64,000 bases of DNA, from contig NW_021835956.1 of the NCBI RefSeq assembly GCF_006345805.1, positions 62,001-126,000 on the forward strand, in the 5' to 3' direction. Each line of letters begins with the position of its first letter. The stretch's first letter is position 1. The notes beneath the pieces were generated by a model that was not told the origin of the DNA, did no database searches, and was given only the letters and a program-made list of their open reading frames with translations. The DNA is from Octopus sinensis. Lineage: Eukaryota. Shown piece by piece: positions 12,581 to 26,287 of this stretch. A program made the position numbers and the translations under genes.

Positions 12581-12671
12581 TAAAGTATGTATGTATATAG
12601 TTTTGTATGTATACAGTTACTGTGTATGTATATATATATTTATATATATTCACACACACACATATGTACAT

Positions 12672-12890
12672 CTCTTTTACTCTTTTAGTTGTTTCAGTCA
12701 TTTGACTGTCGCCATGCTGGAGCACTGCCTTTAGTTGAGCAAATTGACCCTAGGACTTATTCTCTGTAAGCCTAATACTTATTCTATCAGTGTTTTTTGC
12801 CGAACCACTAAGTTACGGGGATATAAGCACACCAGCATCGGTTGTCAAGCAATGTTGGGGGGACAAACATATACGCACACATACTTATAT

Positions 12891-12923
<33 letters not shown>

Positions 12924-13217
12924 GTTTAGCGTCCGTTTTCCATGCTAGCATGGGTTGGACGGTTCTACTGGGGTCTGTGAAGCCAGAAGGCTTCATCAGG
13001 CCCAGTCAAATCTGGCAGGGTTTCTACGGCTGGATATATATACATATATATATTGATGGGCTTCTTTCAGTTTCCATTTACCAAATCCACTCACAAGGCT
13101 TTGGCCGGCCTGAAGCTATAGTAGAAGACACCTGTCCAAGGTGCCACGCAGTGGGACTGAACCTAGAACCATGTGTTTCATAAGCAAGTTACTTACCACA
13201 CAGCCACTCCTACGCTT
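12672..13217 (-). mobile_element. SINE family B copy with a nested RTE-tail element (about 12890-13030)
   Basis: SINE tail 12672-12890 and head 13045-13217 flank a (CAT)n-led RTE tail sitting in the SINE's central microsatellite. Confidence 0.75.
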
Positions 13218-13344
13218 ATGTATACATATATATGTATATGTATATACATATCAACACACACACACATAGACATTCATAAATATTCACACACATATCTGTA
13301 CATATTTATATACATTTACATGTATATATGCATATATATGCATA

Positions 13345-13386
<42 letters not shown>

Positions 13387-13444
13387 TATATATGTATGTA
13401 TATATATATATGTATGTATGTATGTATATATGTATATGTATATA

Positions 13445-13483
<39 letters not shown>

Positions 13484-14432
13484 GGGGAGCTATTTTTATA
13501 CATATACATATATTCATACAGACAGACACAAACATTTAATTTCTGTCACATTAATACATATATTCACTTTTCTTACTCCACATCCAGATATAAGCCAATC
13601 ATTTGTCCATTACTACTACATAGAATCCGAAGTTTTATGGTTGAAAACTGCCATAAGCCTTCACAAACATTCTTGCATCCACTCATTCATAAGTTCACAC
13701 ATAGACACTCATCTTCTATCCAGCTAGAAACAGTTTTACACTAGAATAGTTTCACACTCATATCTGTATGCATCATATCTCCAGTACATGCTTCTCTCAC
13801 ATACCACTATATTTGTTCATCATAACTCATATTCAATAATCAAACTGGCCAGTTTGTTCACGCATACACATACACATGCAAATATGCATGTGCTAGATCT
13901 CCTACATGCATACATCGATACATAAACTAATAGTCTACTTATATATATATATAGTTGTAAATGTCACATACACTCACACACACACACACACACACTCTTT
14001 CTCTCTCACTCGCTCTCTCATTTTATTACATACACATTGAATAATCAAGTTAACCTCACTGCCATTACTATAAACCTCTCTATATGCTTAAGCATCTGCA
14101 GCACACAAATACATACATATACAGACGCAAACACTGTCGTATATGCATATACACAATCTCACGCATCAGTTCATGTCACACATAGCAGATTTACAGCTGT
14201 GTTGCAACAAGCACTCAAAACCCTCAATGCCAATATGCCATTCATTAATAGACTATGTAATAGACAGTGTTATAAAGTCGTGGTAGTATCCTAAATTGTC
14301 TTCAGTAGGAAGCTGAAAGTTATTATGAAGATGTAATCGTAACACAAGCAGAGTATCATCATGCTATATACACATATATGTGTAGTGTGTACATGTGCAT
14401 ATGTACACTCACACACATATATTTGTGCATGC

Positions 14433-14477
<45 letters not shown>

Positions 14478-14484
14478 TATATAC

Positions 14485-14531
<47 letters not shown>

Positions 14532-14652
14532 TAGATATATATAGACATATATATGCACAAAGATACACACACACACATTTATACATGACTGAGTGGACAA
14601 ACGAAAGAAAGGGGCACTCAACACATTTACTGTTTTAAATAGTATGTATGCA

Positions 14653-14683
<31 letters not shown>

Positions 14684-15091
14684 ATGCATGTATGTATATA
14701 TATATGTATGTACTTTGGCACCAAGTATGTCATTTTATTTTACAGAGACCTAAATATGAGTTGCTAATAATATTTTTGGTATAATGTGCTAGGATATCTA
14801 TAAACACAGATATTAGCAAACACATACAAATCTACGTATATCATCTTTTATAACATTTTTTATCAATAAGAAAATGCAAAATCAACACACATGTAAAGTA
14901 TACAGAAAAATCTACACACAGATAGCCACTGGCTTGTATGGTAAGAAGCCTGCTTCCAGACTACATGGTTCTGGGTTCAGTCTCACTGTGTGATACCTTG
15001 AGCAAGAGTGGGCAAGAGTTTTCTGTTATAGTCATAGGCCAACCAAAGCAATGTGAGTGGATTTGTTATAAAGAAACTGAAAGAAGCCTGT

Positions 15092-15129
<38 letters not shown>

Positions 15130-15711
15130 AGCTTAGAGAAGAAGAAGAAACGAAACGAAAAGAATCGAATCGATGCGAGGGCACTCAGTCATACAATAGT
15201 GTAATAAATAAAATATATGCATACATACAAACATATATGTACGTACCTACATTTACATGTATATATACATGCATATATAAATATATATACGTGTGTACAG
15301 GACACCACAAATAGACGTAGAACTCAACAAGAAACGAAAAAGTAAAAACAGCATGGAACAGAACATTTTTTTAACAATGCAAAAACAGAGTACAAGACAA
15401 CTACACAAGGAAAAATCCCCTTCATTAGCTGTCCCGAGTTCAACTCCAGCATGTTTCGAAGGTGAGGACAGAACACGTCTCGTCGAACTAGTCCTTCTTG
15501 CGAAAGAATTAAATACAATTCCTTTGCAGAGGGGTAAAAACAAGGAAAAAAATGTGACAAAAACAGGACGTAAAAACAATACAATTAAAAACAAATACAA
15601 AATAAAAATATAATTACAAAAAATACAGTACAAGAAGGAATAGAAACAGGACAGGAAAACAAATAATGAGGGCCTATAAGCTTAGACGAGGAAAAAAATT
15701 TTATATACATA

Positions 15712-16100
15712 TCATGATAGATCGCTAGCCACACATTCTTTATTTTCTCTCCTTGTTTCTTTCTGTGGAAGAGCGTAGCCTCGAAATGTTAAAGACTTTT
15801 TCACTTCCCGACCACGTTATACTAATACATCTCTTTGTTGTCTATGCCACCTGTTTTCGTCTTGTTTTTTTTTTAATTCTCCCTATATATATACATATAT
15901 ATCAGTTGCCATGATAGATCGTTAGCCACTACACACATTTTTTTTCTCTCCTTGTTTATTTCTGTGTCCGTTTGTGTAGAAGTGGGTAGGCTCGAAACGT
16001 AAAAGACTTTTTCTATTCCTGAGTGTTATACTAATACATGTGTTTGTTTTGTACACCACCAGTCTTCGTCTTTTGTTTTTTCATAAACTCTCCCTATATA
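15712..16100 (+). mobile_element. Two tandem copies of a ~190-bp Penelope-like non-autonomous unit
   Basis: Both begin ATGATAGATCG(C/T)TAGCCAC and contain GAAG.G.GTAG.CTCGAAA.GT.AAAGAC. Further copies at about 16940-17170(-) and 26215-26380(+). Confidence 0.6.
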
Positions 16101-16191
16101 TATACATATATATAGGGAGAATTTACAAAAAAACAATAGTAATAATATTCCCGAATATTATTATTATTATTATCATTATATATATATTATC

Positions 16192-16233
<42 letters not shown>

Positions 16234-16516
16234 TTCGAGAATAAATTATTATTCTAACCTTACAGGTAAAATTCAGTATAGTAATATTAGACCAAATTTC
16301 GTAATATATAATATATGTATATAACTAACTCACAGCATGGTTTGGGATGGGTTCTTCATTGACTGAGTTGTGGAATGGTGTTTCATCTTTAAATTAGTTA
16401 TATATATATATGTTGGATATGTTGGTGTTTACACTTAGTGGCTTGGCAAAAGAGAAAGATAAAATAAGTACTAGGCACAAAAAATAAATAAGTATTTGGT
16501 TCAATTCCTCTGACTA

Positions 16517-16678
16517 AAATTTTTAAAGACAGTACTGTAGCATGGCCACAGTCTCATGGCTGAAATGAATAATAGCTAAAAAAATCATACCATACCTGAA
16601 TAATTAACTATGAAATTAACAGTTAAAATTCTGTGATGATGGTATAATTTGTTACCGTGTAATTCTTTTGGTCCCTTT
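16517..16678 (+). repeat. Identical 162-bp direct repeat, copy 1 (copy 2 at 17989-18150)
   Basis: Base-by-base identity from AAATTTTTAAAGACAG to TTTTGGTCCCTTT; offset 1472 bp. Confidence 0.95.
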
Positions 16679-18689
16679 GTGACAATTAATGGACAAAATT
16701 CTTAGTGGTATTTTATCCGTCTTTATGATCTGCATTCAAATTCTACTGAGGTTGACTTGGCCTTTCATCTTTTCAGGGCCAATAAATTAAATACCAGTAG
16801 AGAATTGGGGTCGGTGTTATCGACTTAACCTCTCCCTCAAAATTTCAAGCCTTATTCCTATAGTAGAAAAGATTATTTATAACATTATCTGCTTCAAGAT
16901 TCCCTAAAAGAATTATATATATATATATATATATAACGAGAAGCTTTATGAAAATAAACAAAAGACGAAGGCACGTGGAGTACAAACAAACAATTGTATT
17001 AGTATGGCGCTCAGGAATATAAATAAAACAAGTCTTTTACGTTTCAAGCCTACGCTCTTCAACAGAAAGATACACAGAAAAGAAACATGGAGAGAAACAA
17101 GGAGAGAAAAAAAAATGCGTGCAGAAGCTAGCGATGTAATATGTGACAATTATTTGGTAGCCAAGATAAAATTCCGAGTTTCGGAAAAATGCTATGACTA
17201 TATATATATATATGCACTCTCTCCTCTTCTGTCTTTGATTTTTTTTCTCTCAGTGTTTGCGTGGGAGTGTGTATGTAGCATCCATTTACCCATTAACTGC
17301 TATTAAAATAACATGCTATATGTTCGTCTGTTTTTTTGCAAATAGGATTATAGTTCATTGGTCTATGAAACTCATCTTTTAAAATGAAATATTTTTTATT
17401 TCAATTATCAAGATATTTTCATCTCCCATCATCATCATCATCATTGTATTTATGTCCACTTTTCTATGCTTGCTTATATCAGATAGAATTTTGTGGAAGC
17501 AAATTTTTTTTATAACACAGTGCCCTTTCTGTCACCATCTCTCACCTGTTTCTATAATGGGACATGTTTTCATGGAAGATTAGAAATGAAAATGGCATTT
17601 GTTTACAATTTCCATGTAATATCAAAGCAAGGAGGCAAGGAAACACAATACTATGCACACACTTACACATGCACATACACACACACATGCACGAACACAT
17701 GCACATACACACACACATGCACGAACACATGCACACACACACAAACAAAAATATATATGTTGAGCTTTATTGGCCTGGAGCTATAGCAGAAGACACTTGC
17801 CCAAAATGCCAAGCAGTGGACATGAACTTGGAACAATGTAGTTAAGAAGCAAACTGCTTACCACACAGCTATAACTGTGCCTCAAAGCAAAAATTTTAAT
17901 CCCATTAGCAACTCATTTGAGAAATTCAAATATTTCGCATTTCCGAATATTATTTCATTTTCATAAAATATTTTCACTATTTCTATATAAATTTTTAAAG
18001 ACAGTACTGTAGCATGGCCACAGTCTCATGGCTGAAATGAATAATAGCTAAAAAAATCATACCATACCTGAATAATTAACTATGAAATTAACAGTTAAAA
18101 TTCTGTGATGATGGTATAATTTGTTACCGTGTAATTCTTTTGGTCCCTTTATTCAAATTCTATCAGGATCAACTTTACATTCTATCATTCTTGGGATCAA
18201 TGAAATAGGAACTTTGGTAGAATTGGGTATGGTGTAATTGACTGTCTCCCACTAATAAATTTTGTGGCCTTGTGGACATTTTAGAAATCACTATTTTTAT
18301 TTATGCAATCAAGGAATGACTTAGATTAATTATGAATTTTCAACGTTAATAAATTTATATCTCTTATAAATTCACACAGGAAGCAAAATGCAGTGCTCCC
18401 ACACTGAGAACTAAAATCATCAAGGTTATGGCGTAACTTAGAAATATTTTATGATCATTAGTTTAAAGTAAATGTTTAAGAACGATGTAATACGTATCAT
18501 GCTTTAAATCAAGATGTAAAGTCAAACACATGCACTCACACACAAATGTAATTTGTACACTATAAATTAATCAATCACACGCAAACACACTCACACACAC
18601 TCACTCACACACACACACATGCACACACACACATACACACACACACACACTATATGCATAATATATATGAGTGTGATCATTACCACGGC

Positions 18690-19095
18690 TGCTGACTTGC
18701 ATCTGTGCTGGTGTCACATAGAAAAGCACCATTTGAGCATGATTGTTGCCAGCATCGCCTTACTGGCACCTATGCCAGTGGCATGTGAAAAACAACATTC
18801 GAGCGTGGTCGTTGCCAGTGTCACCGGACTGGCTTCTATGCAGGTGGCACGTAAAAAACACCATTTGAACGTGGTCGTTGCCAGTACCACTTGACTGGCC
18901 CTTGTGCTGGTGGCATGTAAAAGCACTCACTACACTCTCAAAGTGGTTGGCATTAGGAAAGGCATCCAGCTGTAGAAACTCTGCCAGAACAGTTTGGAGC
19001 CTGGTGCAGCCTTCTGGCTTGCCAGTCCTCAGTCAAACCACCCAACCCATGCCAGCACGGAAAGCAGACATTAAACAACAACGATGACGATGATG
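18690..19095 (+). mobile_element. RTE-tail element with 3-4 tandem ~60-bp subrepeats
   Basis: Repeated GGCA(C/T)GT.AAAA.CA.CATT.GA.CGTGGTCGTTGCCAG units precede the conserved tail and (GAT)n. Confidence 0.7.
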
Positions 19096-19899
19096 ATTAT
19101 GATGATATAAACATTTATAGATATGCACATATATGTCTATGCATACAAATATTTAAACCTTCACATGTAACACACACACACAGTAGGTGTAAATTATACA
19201 GTTATATATATTTATGCATGTGTTTGAGTATTTATGTTTTAGTGTATATTAGGTATACACAACATATATACATCCCTATATAAATATACAAACATACATG
19301 CATACATATAGTTGCAGATATAAATGAACGACTGCAGTGATACAAGGATATACATATTTATGCAGGAGTCAGTATTTAATATTGCCCAGAATTTATTTAT
19401 GAAATCATACTCCCCACAGAGAGCTTACAGGGTTCACAATCAAAAGATTCAACTTAGTTGGAGTGCATTCTGCTTTAATGTATTAGGAAAATACACATCA
19501 TTTACTTAAATTCTATAGATCTATGTTGATGTTTGTGAAAGGGACTGACACAAAGCATAAGTGAACATTTTCTAAGAGATGTTACAGCAAACGAGCTAAT
19601 TAATTTCATAGACGCTATTTGTGTTTACACTTTGACTAAAACATTTGTCTATTAAAGTCTCCCATGAGAAAATGTTTGCAGGCCTGTTTGGCAACTGAAT
19701 TTGAACTAGTTGCATCATATTCTCCTTCAGTGTAGTCAGAGCCATGTATGCTGCTCTAAAGTAGAAATATAAGGAATCTGTATAATCTGTGAATAATCAA
19801 AAGTTACATTTAGCAAGCAAGTTTAGTGCAGTATGACTCCTTCGAAATATGATGTTTATATTATTAAAGAATGATGCTACACACATGCCCACACACATA

Positions 19900-20809
19900 C
19901 GAGGTGGTGTCAAAAGGTTCACAGACTAGTTACATTTGATAAAAAAAAATTAATTATTTACCTAGGTTTTACCTTAACATCATCTCTTCAAAATAGTCAC
20001 CATGTGCAACAATACACAAATCCCAGCATTCCTGCCACTTTTGCAATCCAGCCTGAAAGTCATTCTCCATAGGTGAGTCTCTCTGGATCTCGACAATGTT
20101 GTTAAAACAGCGATCTTTGCACTACATTTTTATCTTGGGGGAAGAAATGGAAGTTTGTAGGTGCTAAATTTGCTGAATAGGGTGGTTTCAGAAGTGCTAC
20201 CATGTTGCTTTTGGTGATAAGCTCCTGTGTGAGGGGAGCTCAGTGACAGGGTGAATTGCCATTGTGAAGAATCCAATTCTCCATGCTCTACAAATTCGGT
20301 CACTTTCACTGAATGTCCTCCCTCAAGCACTTCAAAACATTGCAGCAGAATTCTTGATGGACAATCTCACCCTGGGAAATAAATTTTTGATGGACAACAC
20401 CATATTTCCAGGGATGACACTCATAGCAGGTCCTCCAAATCATTTATCATCTTCCAGGGATGTTCTTCTGCTTTTGAAGTGTCCGTGCTACGTGAAACAT
20501 TGTATACAACCCATTGCCTCCTCATCGTAAGCTTGCCGATAAATACTTAATGTCTCTACAGCAGACCTCCCTAGTTTAACGCAAGATTTCGTGTTGGCGC
20601 TTTGTTCCTGTCCATGACAAAATCACAGACTACAGCATACATGAGATCTGAAAGACACAAATTTCACATGCTGCGAAGTAAATACAGTGATGTCACTCAG
20701 CACACTGCCTCATGAAGGTCACTGCTAGCACTCATTGTGCATATGACCCTGTGCTGCCACCTGTTGGTGTGCTACCAAACTAATCCAGGCATTTTTTGAT
20801 ACCACCTTG
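19900..20809 (-). mobile_element. Internally deleted mariner transposon (910 bp)
   Basis: TIRs CGAGGTGGTGTCAAAAGG / TTTTTTGATACCACCTTG, flanked by TA. Minus-strand relics: N-terminal EQSANTKSCVKLGRSAVETL..QAYDEEAMG and C-terminal PYSANLAPTNFHFFPKIK. Confidence 0.85.
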
Positions 20810-20815
20810 TATATA

Positions 20816-21790
20816 TGAGGATAAGTCAAAAATTTTGCACTCTCCTGATTCTGTAATTTATTAACACAAAAATACAAGTTGAACAATTACATCATTTTCT
20901 GACATTGTGTCCTTGCTTTCTGGCACACTTCTTCCTGTGACCACAATCTTGTTTATTCTATTGAAGGAGAAGGATTTTGGTTGGTCATACAGCCATTTAT
21001 GTATTGCTTCCTGTGCTCCTTCTTCCATAGCAAACTGTTGACCACATGTAGAATGTTTGAGCAGTCCAAAAAGACAATAGTCAGAAGTGACAGTATTTGG
21101 ACTCTATGCAGAATGTTCCAGTAACTAGAAATCCAATTTTCCAATAATTTTAACAGTAGGGACAGACACACGTGGCTGTGTATTGTTATGCAACAGTAAC
21201 ACTTGTTTTGACAACAGATTGCACATTTGGTGTTAATTACTGGTTTCATTTTGTTGGCCAGCATTTTACTGCAGCCTGCGCTGGCGACGATTGACCATTT
21301 TTCCAGGTAATGATCCAGTACAGGCACTTTCACATCCTAGAATCAGTTAGCATCACTTTTTCTAAGGAACATATAGTCATGAACATTTTTGCTAGCAATT
21401 CTGGGTGTTTCTACCCCATAATCTGCCTTTTGGGTTTCAGCTCAAAGTGATAGACTCTTCTTTCATCCCTTGTGACTATTCTCTCCCAAAAATCTTTGCT
21501 CTCATTGTGGTAACAGTTGAGTGAGCATTGACAGATCTCTACACAATTGCATTTACATGCTTTTGTAAGCTCTTTGTACCTATCTCACATAGACTTTATG
21601 CTTGTCATTGATGACTTTGTATGAAGAACCATGGTTGACTCACAGAGAACTTGCCACCTCATCGATGGTCACCTGTTGCTAACCAGAAACATCTCTAGAT
21701 TTTGTTGATTCCTTGCATCAGTGGTGGAGTTTGCTGGGCATCCTCCACCCTGTTTGTGCTTCATACTTGTCTTTTTTAAACATCTTGGTC
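20816..21790 (-). mobile_element. Degenerate mariner transposase fragment (second element)
   Basis: End sequence TGAGGATAAGTCAAAAATTTTGC after TA. Relics VTIDEVASSL and ERIVTRDERRVYHFELKPKRQ (IVT.DE catalytic motif), plus a frameshifted C-terminal catalytic region in 20950-21330. Confidence 0.75.
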
Positions 21791-22225
21791 CACTGATACA
21801 CCTAAATCGGCTCCTCGTTTTGGCTTGTGGATGGCCTGCCTGGGCATACTGTGCTTTCCAGACCTGCAGCCATGTTTGAAGCGATTGTACAACTGCTTGA
21901 TCTGAGTTTTGCCCATGGCATCATCACCAAAGGCTTGCTGAATATACTGGCTGGTTTGAGCTTGACTGTCAACAAGCTTTTGACAAAATTTGATGTTATA
22001 TCTCTTCTAACTACATTCAGTGAAAAGAAAAATCCAGTGAATATGCACTACATGTCTGTACTCTAGGCACAACTGAGAACTGACGCATTCTATAGGAACA
22101 AAAATTTTCATGCATGTGCAGGAAGGGAACAGGCGTCTTCTCCCGCTCAAAGTATTTTGCCCACATGGCATTATTTTGGAGGGAGAAAATATAGTTGGAT
22201 AGTTTTTTAATGCACACCACTGTAT
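21790..22225 (-). mobile_element. 5' end of a third mariner element
   Basis: Minus-strand QQAFGDDAMGKTQIKQLYNRFKHG and PGRPSTSQNEE (HTH N-terminus). The terminal CAGTGGTGTGCATTAAAAAACT does not match the 20816 end. Confidence 0.65.
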
Positions 22226-23514
22226 GTATTTCCTTTTTGTTTTTTATAATGATTTTTCTTTGTCAGCAGTTCACCTGAAAAGCTTGTCCTGGCACTAGTC
22301 TGTTTTTGTTTGGAAACAATGATGATTAATGAAAGAAACAATATCCTGTTGGAAAATATTCAGCTCAAATCAAACTCATTTGACCCATGTAATAGAGAAA
22401 TTTGCATTAAAACAATTGTGATTATGAGGATAATGATAGATATGTGTTTGAATAAAATATATTGTATATATAATATTGTTAGTAGTGATTTTCTGATTGC
22501 AGCCTTCCCATGAAATCCGGGCTTTGCGCAGCTCTTAGCGAACAGTTATGTAAGATTTGCACAAGATATCTTCATGGACAACATTTCTGATTGCCCTTTC
22601 TCATACATGGTGATCTTTTTTAATTGGGGTATCGTGAGGGATTTTCGTTAATGAATTGCCAAACTTGTTGAATATATTTGAGTGTTCTGAGGGTGTCAGA
22701 GCATTGGAAATTCATTTTGCATTTCAATACAAGTGATACCTTTCAATCAGAGGCGTTAAACTCCCTGCAAACTTTGTAGATGAAACATCTATCGATTTTT
22801 AAAAACAACCTACCTCCAAAGCACTACTCAGCCTTTAAGGCCTCTTCATTGTCAAGTAAGATGAGTAAATGACATAAGATTAATTTACATACAGTAATAA
22901 CTCTCAAATAGCCTGTACACACAGCATATATAGGTATACACACACACACACATACACACATGCACACATATAATTGCAGGTATGAACTTGGTATTTCTCC
23001 AGTTACATATGTTTCTGTATTTGATAATTAATGATGTCACACTGTAAGTATAATCCATGGATGTACTTATAAATGCAGTGAGAGAGTCACATAACTGTGA
23101 TACACAATTAATTAATTTAAATATGTAATTAATCATTATTATTCTAATAAAACACTTGTAAAACACAATTATATTATAAACTCTACATGCAATTTATACT
23201 TTTCTGTTCTCATTCTAAATATGTTGCTTTCTAAGATTATTTTAGCCAGTCATGTAAATACATGCAAGTCAGTCCCACCTGTGTAACAACACCTAGGAGT
23301 TTAATGACCTGTTGTTAATTGAGCTGTTAATTATTACTGTGGATTTATTTTGACATCTATACATCGCTTCTCTCTCTCCCTCACTTTCTTTGTCTCTTTG
23401 CCTCTCCCTTTCTCTCTCTCTCTCTCTCTCTGTATGTATACACACACACATATATATATTTATATATGCATATGCATATAAACATATGCATATATAAATA
23501 TATATATATACATA

Positions 23515-23582
<68 letters not shown>

Positions 23583-24827
23583 TATGTATACATATGTATA
23601 TGTATACATATATATATATATGTATGTATATATATATATATATACATACATACATACAGACACACATACAAGCATATGTATATTGTTAAAACACTTTTAT
23701 AAGAATAAATTTACATTTATAAACACATACATGTACACCCATATACATTAAGTATATATATATGTGTGTATATATCCATTTATATACACACATACATATA
23801 CATACATATATACACACCCACATACACACACACATACATACATACATACATACATACATACATACATACATACATACATACATACACATATACATACATA
23901 CATACAATATAATATATTTGATACAGAATTATATATATAAGGCTGTATTCTTTTTCTCAGTGTCTCCATATCTCCGTCTTTGTCTTTCTTAGTCTGTTTG
24001 TCTATCTGTCTGTCTGTCTCTGTCTCTCTCGCTCTCTCTCTCACACACACACACTCTTTATACACACTCATGCAAACATTTCTGTAACATAATACATATT
24101 AAAGATGAACATAGTTTTGAAATACATAATCATATGTTTAAATAAAATGTAAAATTTCATGCGAATCAAAATTTCAAATGAATAATTTGTAAACGTTTTA
24201 TTTTTGTTCTTTTATTTACTTCATTTGAAGCTTAAATATTACTACATAAAAGCATCATTCGAGTTTGACAATCATTTTTATTTCAAGCATTTCATTCCAT
24301 GGATTAAGAAGAATTTTAGCTACAGCAGCAGTAGCTAATGTTGGCACATTGCAATATTAGATTATATAGAACAAAGCAGATTTCTTAAGAAAATAATTAA
24401 AATTAATTCCATGAATGTATTTCTGAAATTGCAACTGTATCTGTTACCATAATTGGAATTATTATATGATAATTGTATGCATTAACTAGTGTGACCAATG
24501 TGCAACAGTTACATAATATATTGGTGGTTGATTGTTTAGATGTGTGCATCTATAGACAGGTGTAGGTGTGAATATTTGGTGGGTGTGTCCAGAGGCGCAT
24601 TTATTAGGGAAACATGTATTTACACATACAAATGTAGTATATATATATATGTATATACAGATTTACATATACAAACAAACATACACATATATATATATAT
24701 ATGATTTTAAAATACATACGTATAAGCATCTGTGCATGTATATGTGTGTAGAGCATTTACAAAGTGTTTATTTGAATTTTTGTGTGTATATGTACAATAT
24801 AACTATTATTTTCCATTTCTATTTTAA

Positions 24828-25012
24828 TTCTTCTTCTTCTTCTTCTTCTTCTTCTTCTTCTTCTTCTTCTTCTTCTTCTTCTTCTTCTTCTTCTTCTTCT
24901 TCTTCTTCTTCTTCTTCTTCTCATTACTATCATCATCATTATTATTATTGTTATTGTTGTTGTTTTTTGTTGTTGTTGTTATTATTATTACTATTATTAT
25001 TATTATTATTAT

Positions 25013-25047
<35 letters not shown>

Positions 25048-25270
25048 TGATGATGATGATAGTAATAATAATGATGATGATGATGATGATGATAATGATA
25101 GTAATAATAATGATGATGATGATGATAATGATAATAATAATAGTGATGATGATGATGATAATGATAATAATTATAATGATGATGATAATAATAATAATAA
25201 TGATGATGATGATAATGATAGTAATAATAGTAATAATAATAATAATAATAATGATAATAATAATAATAAG
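24828..25270. repeat. Compound trinucleotide microsatellite: (TTC)31, then ATT/TTG/TTA and AAT/GAT tracts
   Basis: Read directly; (TTC)n spans 24828-24920. It explains the poly-S/R/K/I/M ORFs. Confidence 0.97.
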
Positions 25271-25896
25271 GCAGCAAGCTGGCAGAATCATTAGTATGCC
25301 AGGCAAAATGCTTAGCAGTATTCTGCCAAGGTTGACTTTACCTTTCATCCTTTCTTTCAGGGTTGATAAAATAAGTACCAATTGAGTACTGGGTTTGATG
25401 TATTCAACTATCCTCCTCCCCAAGTTTTAGGCACAAGGCCTGAAATTTGAGGGAGGAGGATTATTATTATTATAAGGATTATTGTTATTATAAGGATTAT
25501 TATTATCATCATTATCAATAATTTTGATATGCCACTTTGTTTTTTGTATGTACCTGACATTGTTAAAAGAAATTTTGCTGCTTAAATAAAAATTTTCGAT
25601 TATGTCTCCTGGAATTTTTGGAAGAGATTTGAAACTGCCACCTATGTGTTGTATTAACTACTTCTCAACACTCATGCCTACTGGGCCACTGAAGCAACAA
25701 CTGGCTTAATGAGAAGAAATTAAGATACTTAAATTTGATGTGTGTGCTGAGCAAGGGAGAGAGGATGTGAGAAAGAGAGAGAGAGAGAGAGAGATGATGG
25801 CATGAAACAGTGGCTGATAGGTATTTGAATTCCTTTCGACAATTGAACAAAAATTGACACCTAGTTATTAAACAACCAACCACACATACACACACA

Positions 25897-25961
<65 letters not shown>

Positions 25962-26249
25962 ATTTGGTTTAGGTCTTCTACCCATTTGAATTCAGCCATA
26001 CACCAGATAACAATGTTGTTGCTGAAATGCCAACATCAAACCGCTATACCACATGACCTTTCCCAACCAATCACTCTCATTCAGACCCCAGTGGCAGAAG
26101 ACTAGCCACATGCTTGAAACTCACAGTACCAAGGAGTCTGAATCAAACTGCTTTGATCTATAGATGTAACTCCCAATGAATTTGTTCTTTAATTTGTCTA
26201 ATCACTCATGTATGCATATATTTTTTCTCTCCTTGTTTTTTTCTGTGTA

Positions 26250-26287
26250 TCTTTCTGTCGAAGAGCGTAGGCTCGAAACGTAAAAGA
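26250..26287 (+). ncRNA. Minimal hammerhead-like motif with variant core CUGUCGA
   Basis: TCTTT-CTGTCGA-A-GAGC-GTAG-GCTC-GAAA-CG-TA-AAAGA: 5-bp stem I, 4-bp stem II, palindromic ACGU stem III, GUA triplet. Related copies at 17033-17070(-), 15758-15795 and 15970-16006. Confidence 0.5.

Noticed and set aside
15410-15500. Possible type II hammerhead (CCTTC-GAAA-CATG..CTAATGA-AGGGG) on the minus strand
   Set aside because: The core is mutated (CUAAUGA), the cleavage-site U is missing and stem I is unconvincing.
25554-25641. Other possible minus-strand exons: 25554-25641, 42171-42262, 59702-59793
   Set aside because: Each has one open frame and AG/GT borders, but their phases do not chain, no homology is recognisable, and such hits are expected by chance in 64 kb.
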